A stretch of 64,000 nt of DNA. Origin: a candidate division FCPU426 bacterium (GTDB taxonomy: Bacteria > Oederibacteriota > JAAXVQ01 > JAUVAV01). Positions 8,296-18,168 of this stretch are shown here, one piece after another. The position numbers and the translations under genes are program-made. Where the stretch lies: the NCBI GenBank assembly GCA_040756875.1, contig JBFLYH010000003.1, positions 288,001 to 352,000 on the forward strand, in the 5' to 3' direction. Below the pieces are notes generated by a model. The model was not told the DNA's origin. It made no database searches and was given only the letters and a program-made list of their open reading frames with translations. Positions within the stretch are counted from its first letter, which is position 1. The number at the start of each line of letters is the position of its first letter.

Positions 8296-9206
8296 TTTCC
8301 CAACCCCCGTCTGAATCGCCGCCATCCCCGGACGGATCGGACCAGGCCGCCGAACAGGCCGTGATAAAGCGCATGCAGCCACGGCACCTGAACCAGGCGT
8401 TTCTCGACTTTTAGGGCCGGAGATTTTCCAATCAGGCGGTGGAGATGGTTGTTTTGACGGGCCATGGCCACCCGGTTCTGAAAAAAGCGGAGCATGTTTT
8501 CCTTGCGTCCAAACAGGCGCGGATGGTTGAAAAAGATCCGCGTGAACATTTCCGCCTCTTTGCCGTCCCTTAGCATCCGAGTGGTCCGCGATTCTTTCCG
8601 CACACGGCAATAAAACATTATCCGATTGATGCGCACAACCTGCCGTTCATCCTGTTCCAGGAGGGAAAGCCAGAAATCGTAGTCCTCCATTCCATCCGTC
8701 ATGTTGGCGTTGTAGCCGCCCGCCCGTTTCCAGGATTTTTTACGGTATAGGGCGGAGTTGAAAATAACATTATCAAAGAGCATCTTTTCGAAGGAATAAT
8801 CGGGAAGGATCCATTCTTCCTCGCGGGCGCCGAAAAGCCGGGCCCGGCAATAGACGATCCCGACCCCTTTGTCCCTCTCCATGACCTCTACGGCTTTTTT
8901 AACGTAGGCGGGAGCGATTTTGTCGTCCGCGTCCAGGGGCAGAATATATTCGCCCCGGGCCCGGGCAATGCCGGCGTTGCGCGCCCGGGCAGGCCCGCCG
9001 TGGACGATCCGAAAAACCGTCGTATGGGGACGCTGGTATTGCTTTAAAAGCCGGCAGGTGGCCCGGTCGGTTGAACCGTCGTCGACCACGATGATTTCCA
9101 TCCGCGGGTACGTCTGGTTCAAAACCGACGCCACGGCCTCGTCCAGGTAAAGGCCGTCGTTATAGCAAGGAATTATCACGCTGACCAAAGGCATGGTTTT
9201 ATTCAC
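8292..9206 (-). CDS. glycosyltransferase family 2
   Basis: VSVIIPCYN, VVDDGSTD, ARNAG, LDADD and EDYDFW motifs. Confidence 0.93.
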   Translation of the reverse strand: MNKTMPLVSVIIPCYNDGLYLDEAVASVLNQTYPRMEIIVVDDGSTDRATCRLLKQYQRPHTTVFRIVHGGPARARNAGIARARGEYILPLDADDKIAPAYVKKAVEVMERDKGVGIVYCRARLFGAREEEWILPDYSFEKMLFDNVIFNSALYRKKSWKRAGGYNANMTDGMEDYDFWLSLLEQDERQVVRINRIMFYCRVRKESRTTRMLRDGKEAEMFTRIFFNHPRLFGRKENMLRFFQNRVAMARQNNHLHRLIGKSPALKVEKRLVQVPWLHALYHGLFGGLVRSVRGWRRFRRGLGK

Positions 9207-9259
9207 TTTTCATCCCCTGCCCTGTGCATTTGATTCCGGCGTTGGGCCAGGAACCGGCT

Positions 9260-10000
9260 TCAATGCGCCCGGGTGTATGCTTCCACGATCGCATCGGTCG
9301 GTCCGATCATTTTAATGCCATGGTCTTCCAGCCAGACCACGCGATCGCACATTTCCCTCACCTGCTCCATGGAATGGGAGACGAAGATGATGGTGATTCC
9401 GCTTTTTTTATAGGCATAGGCTTTGGCTTGGCATTTTTTTTGGAATTCCATGTCTCCGACCGTGAATATTTCGTCCACCAGGAGGATCTCGGGATCCAGA
9501 AAACCGACCACGGAAAAACCGAGCCGGGCGATCATACCCGTGGAGTAGGTTCGCAGCGGCTGGTCTATAAAAAGTTCCAATTCAGAGAAAGCGATAATCT
9601 CGCCCATTTTCTCCACAACGGCCCGCCGGGTCAGGCCGAGGAGAATGCCGTTGAGCAGGATGTTTTCCCTGCCCGTGAGTTCGGGATGAAAGCCAGCCCC
9701 CAGTTCCAGCAGCGGTGAAACGCGTCCGTTGATCTTGATACTGCCAGTAGTCGGCCGGATGACCTGGGCAATCAGCCCCAGCAGCGTGCTTTTGCCTGCG
9801 CCGTTCCGGCCGATGACGCCCAAGGTTTCACCGCGGCTGACGCTGAAACTGACGGATTTGAAAACTTCGTAGGGCCTCCGTCTCAGGTCCCGCCAATGGG
9901 CCGGAGCGTTAAACAGGAAGTGCTTGAACCCGCCCAGCAAGGGCCGGTAGTGGGGATACTGCTTGGAAACATTATCCAAAACGATCACAGGTTCGCTCAT
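9260..10000 (-). CDS. wzt: polysaccharide ABC exporter ATP-binding protein (Wzt/TagH-like), no C-terminal CBM
   Basis: GRNGAGKST, LELGAGFHPELTGREN, YSTGM, LVDE and VSH motifs; 246 aa from MSEPV at 10000. Confidence 0.92.
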   Translation of the reverse strand: MSEPVIVLDNVSKQYPHYRPLLGGFKHFLFNAPAHWRDLRRRPYEVFKSVSFSVSRGETLGVIGRNGAGKSTLLGLIAQVIRPTTGSIKINGRVSPLLELGAGFHPELTGRENILLNGILLGLTRRAVVEKMGEIIAFSELELFIDQPLRTYSTGMIARLGFSVVGFLDPEILLVDEIFTVGDMEFQKKCQAKAYAYKKSGITIIFVSHSMEQVREMCDRVVWLEDHGIKMIGPTDAIVEAYTRAH

Positions 10001-10764
10001 AGGACCTCGGCAAACCTCCAGTTTAACCGTCCATACACCCATCTGCCCAGCGCATAGGACAGCGCGGCATAGGCCAGGCTGATGCCCAGCCAGTCCAGCG
10101 CCAGATAGCCTTCCAGGAAAAGTTTCTGCCAGCCAATGATCATCCCGGCGAAGGGGTTGGCATAGATCAGCCAGCGGAATTTCACGGGAACCATTTCCAG
10201 AGGATAGATGATCGGCGTAACGTAAAAAGCCAGGGTCAGCAGAATCGTCACCAGCCGCTCCAAATCCCGGAAGAACAGGTTGATGCTGGAAACCAGCAGC
10301 GCCAGGCCATAGGTCAGAAAGAATTGTACTCCCAGGAGCACCGGGATGCCGTAGATCCAGGCCGGCGAGGCGGGCTTGTGGAAAATGGCGATGAACAGCC
10401 AGATAACCGGGAGCGAAAGGATGTAATGCAGCATGTCCTGCAATACGCCGCTCAACGGCAGCACGCTCCGCGGAAACGCCACTTTCTTGATGATGCTGCT
10501 GTTTGAAAGGAACACCGTGGAAGCCACGCTGACGGAATTGGAGGTCCATTGCCAGGGAAAAACTCCGATGATCAAGAACAGGGCGAAAGCCTCCATGGGA
10601 ATCCGCACAATCACCTTGAACGCGAAGTAGTAGACCGCTGCCAGGGCCAGGGGATGGGCAATGGACCAAAAGTAACCCAGAAGGTTGTTTTGATATCGGA
10701 CCTTCAAATCCTTCCGGGTCATGACCAGCACGAGGTCCAGCCAATACCGCATTCTGGCGTTCAC
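9997..10764 (-). CDS. wzm: polysaccharide ABC-2 permease (Wzm/TagG-like)
   Basis: DLKVRYQNNLLGYFWS, FFRD, TPIIYP and NPF motifs; multiple transmembrane segments; adjacent to wzt. Confidence 0.92.
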   Translation of the reverse strand: MNARMRYWLDLVLVMTRKDLKVRYQNNLLGYFWSIAHPLALAAVYYFAFKVIVRIPMEAFALFLIIGVFPWQWTSNSVSVASTVFLSNSSIIKKVAFPRSVLPLSGVLQDMLHYILSLPVIWLFIAIFHKPASPAWIYGIPVLLGVQFFLTYGLALLVSSINLFFRDLERLVTILLTLAFYVTPIIYPLEMVPVKFRWLIYANPFAGMIIGWQKLFLEGYLALDWLGISLAYAALSYALGRWVYGRLNWRFAEVL

Positions 10765-13661
10765 GGTTTACCCCCGTGGAATTCCCGAATTTCCATCAAG
10801 CCGATGCTCCCGTAGGCGCCTGCCGGGCTGATATCCAGGCGCATATCCATGTTGGCCTCTCTGACTTCAATAAAAAAATACAGGTCATTCCACCCGGGCA
10901 GCAGGGTTCTCATCTGACCCGCGCCTTCATTATATGCTTTTTGACCGGCGGCAAAATAATAAAACGCGGCCGTGGCTTCTCCTGCGCTTTTGATCCGCGC
11001 ATGCAGGATGTACCGGCTGCCCACAGGCGCGGGCCTCCCCGGAATCGCAATGCGGGTCGCTGCTCCCGTCCGGTCTATCGTCATTTCCCCCGGGGCCCAC
11101 TTTAGGAGGGTGTTGGAACTGCCGAAGGTGAAGAGTTCCCGCAGGCGGCTGAGCGGCAGGTTTTCATACCAATCCCGCGGCAAACGGAGGGGTTCTTGGC
11201 CGGAACCATCGCCCAGAATTCCCAGTTCAACTGACCGCAGCCGATAGGTGCCGGGCTGACGGGCCGGATCAAAGCGCAACCCCCGGCGGACAACCTCTGC
11301 CGGCAGAACAAAACTCATCTGGTTCAGTCCTGCCTGCATTTTAACCGGCACGCTTCGCGCTTCGGTGAAGGCGGGGTCCTCGGCCCCAGGGTAAAACATA
11401 CGGCATTCTGTTTGTTGGTTGGATTCCACCAGCAGGTTGACCACGACCGGGTCCCCGGTTCCCGCTTCGATACCCGGAAGCAACAAAGTGGGATGATCGG
11501 TCTCGGCCTTCAACTCAAGTCCTTGCGGCGTGAGCTGGGATTTCATTCCTTCGCCGATTTGCACCCGGGCCAGGTTCTCCCCCGACCAGCTCGCCAGCGG
11601 GTAATAGGGATAAATAAAACCCGCCCTGGGGGCTTTCTGCGTCCTCAAGCCCCATCCCGCTTTTTTTCGCATATATAGCCGCCGGATCAGATAAACGCCG
11701 TTCTGGCAAGCCGGGTCCAGCCTGACGCCATAATTGATCGAGGCGGCTGGCAGCGTGAAATTCAGCCGGTTCGTTCCCGAATGAATCTGGCTGATGAGCG
11801 ACTGCTTTTCCGAATATTTTTCAGTCAGCGACCGCCGGTAATAAACCTGGCAAAGCGTTTCCTGCGGCGCTTCCATTTCCAACGACATAATGACATCACC
11901 GGTCTCCCCGAAATCCTTGCCCGGCAGAAAGAGCATGGGATCGTTTCCGTTAACCCAGAGTCGCAAGCCCTGAGGTTCCCGCCACATTTTTAAATCCCGG
12001 TTTCCGCTGATTGGCTGGCTTTGTTTGGGATAGTCGGATTCCCCGCCGCCCAGACTCGTGTCGTGAATCCAGAGCTGAACCTGGGAAAGCGGTTCCATCT
12101 CTCCGACCTGGTCGCATGTTTCCGCCTCGGGCCCGGGTTCAACTTTGAACACCCGCAGCGAATGGATCAGCACCTTTCCTGACGTTGACAGGGGGTCGAA
12201 GCGCAAGCCGGCGGCCAACTGCGCGGCCGACACCGGAAAATTAAGGTAATTCTGCCCGGCCTGAACTTCTTCCCAGATTTTATCGTCGTTCGAGAAAGAC
12301 TGCAGCGACGATTCGCGGAAGAAAAGCTCGCACGTGCTGCGGCAGCTGGCAACCATGTCAACCCGGAGCAGGTAATCCTTCTCCGCCGGCAGGCTCAGTT
12401 TGGGTAAATACAGCTTCATATCCATCCCGCGGGTGGAGAACTGCCAGCCTTCGGCGGACCGATCGATTTTAACGCTTTTCTTCTCGTCTTGCACCACCAG
12501 GGAATCCAGGGCGATGTCCTGCAGCAGCCTCGCGTTCAGCAGTCTGAGGAGTTTTCCCCATACAAAAGTGGCCTGGCGAGCGGCCACCTCCATGACGATG
12601 TGGTCATATTGCTTGCGTCCCTCTTTGTCCAGGGCATTGTCGAGGATGAAGTCGTCGTAATGCATGCACGTGAGGTCTTCGAAATATTGTCTTAACATGG
12701 GGCGCGCTTCGGCCAGCAAGGAGTCGTGCAGCAGCAAAGTGCGTCCGCCAATCAAGCGGCGGGTTGCGCTTCGCGAAAGATAATGGGCGGGCTTTTTCCA
12801 ATCTTTGTCCGGGGCGACTTCCTCCCTGATCAATTCCACTCCCCGGCGCCGAACCCCGTATTTTTGTTCGGGCTCGCGCAATGGACCCAATCCGGCCAGG
12901 GGCCCCAAGTCCGAGGATTTCTCGGTTTTTTCCCCCAGGACCACCTCGGCCGGGTCCCAAAGCCCGGGTTGAAACCGATCCACGACCGCCTGGACTAAAA
13001 CCAGCATGCCGCGGTTGGTGTGATGCGTGTCGAGCTTGAAAAAAACCGGTTCTGACAGCGAGCGTCTGGCCGTCAGATAGGGTTCCCGCATGTCTTGGAT
13101 TTCCGGCCCTTGAAAATCCCCGTAAAAATTCCGCAATATCTCCCGCCGGCGTCCGGCCCAGGCCGCCAAGCGGCTGAAAACCGGCCCTAATTTTTCCGGA
13201 TAAATCTCGTCCTTGTCCGGCCCGATAAAAAACGTCCAGTCAGGTTCCCCGGCTTCGCGGTGGCGCAGAAAATATTCCAGCATTTTCAAGGTGTGCCGGA
13301 TTTGCGTCGGGGATTCCCAGGGGCGGTAATAACCGCTTCTCACGAACAGCCAATGCTCCATGCCCCGGTCAGTTTGGCTGAACCGCCGTTCCCCCAAAGT
13401 ATAAGCCAGCCGATTCTTTTTGATAATGACATGTCCGCGGCCGGGAAAGCGGTCGCGCAGGGCCAGCGAAAACTGCTGGTAAGTGTTGACGTTGAAAAAG
13501 TCCTGCCAGGTCCCGATCTGCGGCCAGCCCTCCATGGACCGTTTTTCCATCTCCCGCACAAATAGGTCCTCCACATTGACGGGGGTGAATAACAAGCCCA
13601 GGGGTGAAAAAAGCACCGCCAGACAGAAGCAAGCAGCCAGGGTGTTGGTTATCTTTTTCAT
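10761..13661 (-). CDS. AlgJ/AlgX-like SGNH O-acetyltransferase with four C-terminal repeated beta-sandwich domains (copy A)
   Basis: N-terminal anchor; DRFPGR, GPDKDEIYPE, DTHH and HDS motifs; four repeats ending LRFDP/VRLDP/LRFDP/MRLDI; lies downstream of an MBOAT gene. Confidence 0.75.
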   Translation of the reverse strand: MKKITNTLAACFCLAVLFSPLGLLFTPVNVEDLFVREMEKRSMEGWPQIGTWQDFFNVNTYQQFSLALRDRFPGRGHVIIKKNRLAYTLGERRFSQTDRGMEHWLFVRSGYYRPWESPTQIRHTLKMLEYFLRHREAGEPDWTFFIGPDKDEIYPEKLGPVFSRLAAWAGRRREILRNFYGDFQGPEIQDMREPYLTARRSLSEPVFFKLDTHHTNRGMLVLVQAVVDRFQPGLWDPAEVVLGEKTEKSSDLGPLAGLGPLREPEQKYGVRRRGVELIREEVAPDKDWKKPAHYLSRSATRRLIGGRTLLLHDSLLAEARPMLRQYFEDLTCMHYDDFILDNALDKEGRKQYDHIVMEVAARQATFVWGKLLRLLNARLLQDIALDSLVVQDEKKSVKIDRSAEGWQFSTRGMDMKLYLPKLSLPAEKDYLLRVDMVASCRSTCELFFRESSLQSFSNDDKIWEEVQAGQNYLNFPVSAAQLAAGLRFDPLSTSGKVLIHSLRVFKVEPGPEAETCDQVGEMEPLSQVQLWIHDTSLGGGESDYPKQSQPISGNRDLKMWREPQGLRLWVNGNDPMLFLPGKDFGETGDVIMSLEMEAPQETLCQVYYRRSLTEKYSEKQSLISQIHSGTNRLNFTLPAASINYGVRLDPACQNGVYLIRRLYMRKKAGWGLRTQKAPRAGFIYPYYPLASWSGENLARVQIGEGMKSQLTPQGLELKAETDHPTLLLPGIEAGTGDPVVVNLLVESNQQTECRMFYPGAEDPAFTEARSVPVKMQAGLNQMSFVLPAEVVRRGLRFDPARQPGTYRLRSVELGILGDGSGQEPLRLPRDWYENLPLSRLRELFTFGSSNTLLKWAPGEMTIDRTGAATRIAIPGRPAPVGSRYILHARIKSAGEATAAFYYFAAGQKAYNEGAGQMRTLLPGWNDLYFFIEVREANMDMRLDISPAGAYGSIGLMEIREFHGGKP

Positions 13662-13663
13662 GG

Positions 13664-15100
13664 TTAAAATTTAAAGTAGATGAATGGAATATAATTGCTG
13701 CTAATCACCATCATGACCGCCGCTGCCAGGCCTATCGTGGCCAGGGAAAGCCTGAGCCACCCGGCCAGACGCGAGTCCGACTGGTCAAGAAACCGACCCA
13801 TGCTTTCCTTGAACGGCAAAAGCACCAATAATCCTCCTAAAACCAAGGTGGCCAGGCTCTGAACGCTGATTTCCGCCAACCAGGGAAACGGCTGAACGGT
13901 CTCCGCCATTCCGAACAGGGCTTGGTAGTAATACCAAATATGGTCAGCTTCCTTGGCCCGGAACATCACCATGCCCATTAAAACAAAGAACATCGCGACG
14001 AGGCGTTGCAGTCCCGGATGCTTGAAATCCTCGGCGAACCGCTTGCCGGTCATCCGCTCCCAGCACAGAAAAACGCCGTGGTATGCCCCGAAAATGATAT
14101 ACGTCCAATTGGCCCCGTGCCAAAAACCCACTAAGGTAAAAACCGTAAACAAGTTGAAGAATTGCCGCCACGTGGCGACCCGCGACCCTCCCAGGGGGAT
14201 GTACACATAGTCCCGAAACCAGGTCGAAAGCGAAATGTGCCAGCGCCGCCAAAAATCCGTGAAACTGACCGCCATATACGGCCGGTTGAAGTTTTCCCGG
14301 AAATGAAACCCGAACACCCTCCCCAACCCGATCGCCATGTCCGAATATCCCGAAAAATCGAAATACACCTGCAGCGTAAACGCCACCAATCCCAGCCACG
14401 CCAGCCCGGCCCCCAGCCCCTGGTCCAGACCGAACGCCTGGTCCGCGATCATCCCGATCGGGTCCGCGATCACCGCTTTCTTGAACAGCCCCAGCATGAA
14501 GCGGACCAGCCCCGAGGCGACGTTGTCCCAGGTGTGTTGCCGCGACTTGACCTGCGGCTCGATCTCGTCATAGCGCACGATCGGCCCCGCGATCAGCTGC
14601 GGAAACATCGACAAGTACATGCCCATGTCCACGGGATTCTTGATGACCCCGACATGCCCCCGGTAGACGTCGATGACGTAGCTGAGCGCCTGAAACGTGA
14701 AAAAGGAGATGCCGATGGGCAGCAGGATGCCCGGATTCGGAAACGGCCGGACCTGGGGCAGGATCCAAAAGATCACCTGGTCCAGCTGTTCGACCAGGAA
14801 GTTGGCGTATTTGTAATAGCCCAGCAGGGCCAGGTTCATGACGATGGCCAGGGTCAGCCAGGCTTTTTTCACGGCAGGCTGCTGCTTTCGATCCGCCCGG
14901 TTGATCAGCAGGCCAAACATCCAGTTCCCCGCGATCGAAGCCATGAAAACCAAAACGACTTCGCCCGCGCCCCACATATAGAACAACAGGCTCATGACCA
15001 GCAGGACGGTGTTTTTCCACCAGACCGGTTTAAATCCAAAATACAAAATAAAAACCAGCGGCAGAAAACAAAAAAGAAAAACAATCGAAGAAAAAACCAC
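13664..15100 (-). CDS. MBOAT O-acyltransferase (AlgI/DltB family), copy A
   Basis: LPIGISFFTFQ, FPQLIAGPIVRY, DFSGYSDMAIG, FWRRWHISLSTWFRDYVYIPLGG and GFWHGA motifs. Confidence 0.95.
   Translation of the reverse strand: MVFSSIVFLFCFLPLVFILYFGFKPVWWKNTVLLVMSLLFYMWGAGEVVLVFMASIAGNWMFGLLINRADRKQQPAVKKAWLTLAIVMNLALLGYYKYANFLVEQLDQVIFWILPQVRPFPNPGILLPIGISFFTFQALSYVIDVYRGHVGVIKNPVDMGMYLSMFPQLIAGPIVRYDEIEPQVKSRQHTWDNVASGLVRFMLGLFKKAVIADPIGMIADQAFGLDQGLGAGLAWLGLVAFTLQVYFDFSGYSDMAIGLGRVFGFHFRENFNRPYMAVSFTDFWRRWHISLSTWFRDYVYIPLGGSRVATWRQFFNLFTVFTLVGFWHGANWTYIIFGAYHGVFLCWERMTGKRFAEDFKHPGLQRLVAMFFVLMGMVMFRAKEADHIWYYYQALFGMAETVQPFPWLAEISVQSLATLVLGGLLVLLPFKESMGRFLDQSDSRLAGWLRLSLATIGLAAAVMMVISSNYIPFIYFKF
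14178..15021. repeat. 844-bp direct repeat, copy 1 (MBOAT core)
   Basis: Appears identical to 18683-19526 (offset 4505); the off-frame ORFs in the track are also identical. Confidence 0.9.
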
Positions 15101-15130
15101 CGCTTTATGCTCCTATGCTTTCAGTGAAGT

Positions 15131-15226
15131 AATCCCCCGGACTATGTCCGGGGCTCCCCCCTCCGCAAAAATCCCGCAATCCTCTCCCTGGTCAGCGGTC
15201 CCGATGGGAGCTGAAGCCCGGGGATT
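15131..15226. repeat. small palindromic REP/IS200-end-like remnant
   Basis: AATCCCC(C)GG...CCGGGGATT termini and an internal hairpin CCCCGGAC-tat-GTCCGGGG. Confidence 0.4.
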
Positions 15227-15238
15227 CATGTGGAGGGA

Positions 15239-18166
15239 TTAATAACCGGCTATTGACGTTGGTTCCAAACTGCCCGGCGATTCAAGCAACTCCCGCAGTT
15301 CCAAACGGACGGTGTTTCCGGCTGCCGGCTCCAGATCCAGGAGCAGGGCCTGTTGCAGTTGGGTCCCTTCCAGGTAAAAGAAATATTCAGCAACTCCCTG
15401 CCGCGTTGTCTGGCAGAGAAAATGCTCTTCATTATAGCCGTTCTGCCGGTCTTTTGAATAATAAAGCCGGCAGGCGCCGGTTGCCGACCCCGTCCTGGTC
15501 AGGCGGAAAAGGTATTTTCCCGACAGCCCCGGCGGCACCGGCAGCGCCCATTGCGCCCGCCCGTTCCCGGTCCGCCGCAGCAGTCCGGGCGCGTCCCAGT
15601 GCGAAAGGGTTTCCGAACATTGGTAGGTGAAAACCTCCTCCAGAGCGGCCGCGGACAAATTCTCGCAATACTCCCGGCTCCAGTCCAGGGACAATGCCTG
15701 TTCTGCCCCTCCCACCAGTCCGAGTTTCAGCGAGCGAATCAGGTATTTTCCCGCATGGCAAGCCGGGTCCAGGCGCAAGGGCCGGTCCAAGGCGCCGCGC
15801 GCCAGGTTGAAATACATTTCATTCCGGCCCGGCTTGAGGTCCCGGCTGCTGCTGTTTTCCTCGCTGTATCCCTCGCCGGGTTGGGTCGTAAAAAATAGCT
15901 GGGCGCTGGTTTTCCGATCGGATTCCAGCACCAGCCGCAAGACGCCGGCCGTAGTCCCCTGGCCCTGTACCCGGGGAAGATACAACTGCGGATCTGTGCC
16001 GGTGACGGCCAACTCCAGCCCCTCTTCCGTGCAGGTCAACCGCGCTTCCGCGTTGCCTTGAATCCTCGCCAGCTCTTTTCCGCTCAATTCGTACCAGCTG
16101 GTCACGGGATAGATCAACCGCAGCCGATCCGGCGCTCCGGCCTCCCGGCTTTTTCCGCTCCCTCTCAGGTTGCTGACAGCCAGTTCTTTGATCAAATAGA
16201 GCCCGCTCTGGCCTCCCGGATCCAGGCGCAAGCCGCCGCCCAGACTTTCGGGGCTCACCCGAAACCGCAGGCGATTCATTCCGGGCCGGACATGCCGCCG
16301 GAGGCTGCGTTCCTCGGCGAATGCCTGGTCTGAAGCCAGGCGGAAATAAACCTGCGCCCAGGTATCTTCGCTGGACTCCAGTGCCAGCTCAAGCACCGGC
16401 CGGGCGTCCGCCGCCGCGGCCAGGGAAGGCAGCTGCAGGCTGGGGTCCGGGTTGCTGGCGCCGATCCACAAGCCCCGGGCCAGACTTTGCAATTGAGCGT
16501 CTTTGTTCGCCGTCAGCACCGCGTCCATCCCCCCCACGATCCGGCGCTCCGGCCCGGTTTCAGCCAGTATCCAGAGCCGGCTGGCGTCGGAGGCAGCCGG
16601 TACGTCCGCCATTATCGAAGCCGCACCCAATGAAGGCGGCGGATCGATGGCAAACACCTGCGCCGACTGAAGCAGGATGGTCCCAGGCTGGCACAGCGGG
16701 TCAAACCGCATGGGATAGGACAACTGCTTGGCGTTTAGAGGGAAAACCAGGCTGTTCCTGCCGCGCCGGATGTCTTTAAAAAAGCTCCGGTCCTCGCCGT
16801 AGCCCTGGCCGGGGGCCTCCCTATAAAACAACTGCCCCGACGTCGCCACTGAGGAATTGAATTCAATTTGCAGGATATAGTCCTGGTTCATGGGCAAAGC
16901 CGTCCGGGGCAAATAAACCATGGGATCATAGCTCCGGAAATCGCACTTCACTCCCTGCGCGGTTTTTTCAGGCTGCAAGGTTCGGTTGCTATCCTGATAT
17001 TTTAAAGTGACCGGATCCAGCTCGCATACGGCCCTAGCGTTGAGCCTGGTGAAAAGCTCGGCCATCGAAGCGACCACTTGGCGGTCCCCCACTTCGATAA
17101 CCATGCGGTCGAAATCCGAAAATTGGCCGGCCAAAAACACGTCCTCGAGCAGCGTATTGTAATGAACAAAGACCGCATCCTGAAAATACTCCGCCAAATA
17201 CCTGCGGTAATTCCCGAGCATGGAATCATAAATGACCAGGCTCTTTCCCGGAATGAACTGTTGCGTATCGCTGTGATAAACATAATGCACCGGCGCTCGC
17301 CACGTCTTTTCGGATTGCAGCCATTCCTGCTTAAGGCAGCGCACATCCCGGCGCCTGAGTTGCAGGGCTGTATCCTTTTCGGCCACCGGGCCGATTCCCG
17401 ACAGCAAGGGCAGATCTCCATAGACGTCGATCCTCCCCCGGGCGGCCACTTCCGAATCCCGCCAGAGGCCGGGGTGGAGCGCTTCGACCATGGTTTTGAG
17501 CATCATCATCCTGCCCTGGTACGTATGATGGGTGTCGAACGTCAAAAAGACCGGTCCCCTGTTCCGGGAGCGCGCCATTTGATAGGCGCGGGTCAACCCC
17601 CAGACGCCTTGCCGTTCGTGATCCGTAAAAAAGTTGTGGATCTGCGTCCGGCGGCGGTGGTAGCGGTCAGCCAAAGCCCGATCACGGGCCCTGAGTTTTT
17701 CGGGATAAATCATATCTTTGTCAGGCGGAATAAAAATGCGCAAACCGGGCTTGAGCCCCGGTTGCCGGCCGAGAAAATGTTCCATCATCTTCAGCACCCG
17801 CCGGGTCTTGGCTTCTTCCCACGGCCGGTAATAGGCGCTGCGGATGAAAAACCATCTGGTCGGGCCCACCACAACATCACCGAACAGGCGTTCGTTCAGA
17901 AGGTAATAGGCCAGGCGGTTTTTAATAATAATCAGCAGGCCGCGGAAAGGCAGCCGGTCCTGCAGGGCTTGGTTGACCTCGCTGTAGGTCCGCGTCTTCA
18001 ACAAATCCCAAACTGTGACGATTCGCGGCCAGCGGGCAAGCTGGCGTTTCTCCACCTTCTGGATGAACCACTCCTCGTTCGGGTTCCTCCAGGGCTGCCA
18101 GCACACCGGTGCAAAAAGCATGGCCAGGCAAAACCCGCCGGCGATATTCAGGAGTGTTTTTTTCAT
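15239..18166 (-). CDS. AlgJ/AlgX-like SGNH O-acetyltransferase with four repeated beta-sandwich domains (copy B)
   Basis: Colinear paralogue of 10761-13661 (DRLPFR, PPDKDMIYPE, DTHH, YDS; repeats ending MRFDP/LRLDP/LRLDP/LLLDL). Confidence 0.75.
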   Translation of the reverse strand: MKKTLLNIAGGFCLAMLFAPVCWQPWRNPNEEWFIQKVEKRQLARWPRIVTVWDLLKTRTYSEVNQALQDRLPFRGLLIIIKNRLAYYLLNERLFGDVVVGPTRWFFIRSAYYRPWEEAKTRRVLKMMEHFLGRQPGLKPGLRIFIPPDKDMIYPEKLRARDRALADRYHRRRTQIHNFFTDHERQGVWGLTRAYQMARSRNRGPVFLTFDTHHTYQGRMMMLKTMVEALHPGLWRDSEVAARGRIDVYGDLPLLSGIGPVAEKDTALQLRRRDVRCLKQEWLQSEKTWRAPVHYVYHSDTQQFIPGKSLVIYDSMLGNYRRYLAEYFQDAVFVHYNTLLEDVFLAGQFSDFDRMVIEVGDRQVVASMAELFTRLNARAVCELDPVTLKYQDSNRTLQPEKTAQGVKCDFRSYDPMVYLPRTALPMNQDYILQIEFNSSVATSGQLFYREAPGQGYGEDRSFFKDIRRGRNSLVFPLNAKQLSYPMRFDPLCQPGTILLQSAQVFAIDPPPSLGAASIMADVPAASDASRLWILAETGPERRIVGGMDAVLTANKDAQLQSLARGLWIGASNPDPSLQLPSLAAAADARPVLELALESSEDTWAQVYFRLASDQAFAEERSLRRHVRPGMNRLRFRVSPESLGGGLRLDPGGQSGLYLIKELAVSNLRGSGKSREAGAPDRLRLIYPVTSWYELSGKELARIQGNAEARLTCTEEGLELAVTGTDPQLYLPRVQGQGTTAGVLRLVLESDRKTSAQLFFTTQPGEGYSEENSSSRDLKPGRNEMYFNLARGALDRPLRLDPACHAGKYLIRSLKLGLVGGAEQALSLDWSREYCENLSAAALEEVFTYQCSETLSHWDAPGLLRRTGNGRAQWALPVPPGLSGKYLFRLTRTGSATGACRLYYSKDRQNGYNEEHFLCQTTRQGVAEYFFYLEGTQLQQALLLDLEPAAGNTVRLELRELLESPGSLEPTSIAGY

Positions 18167-18168
18167 GT

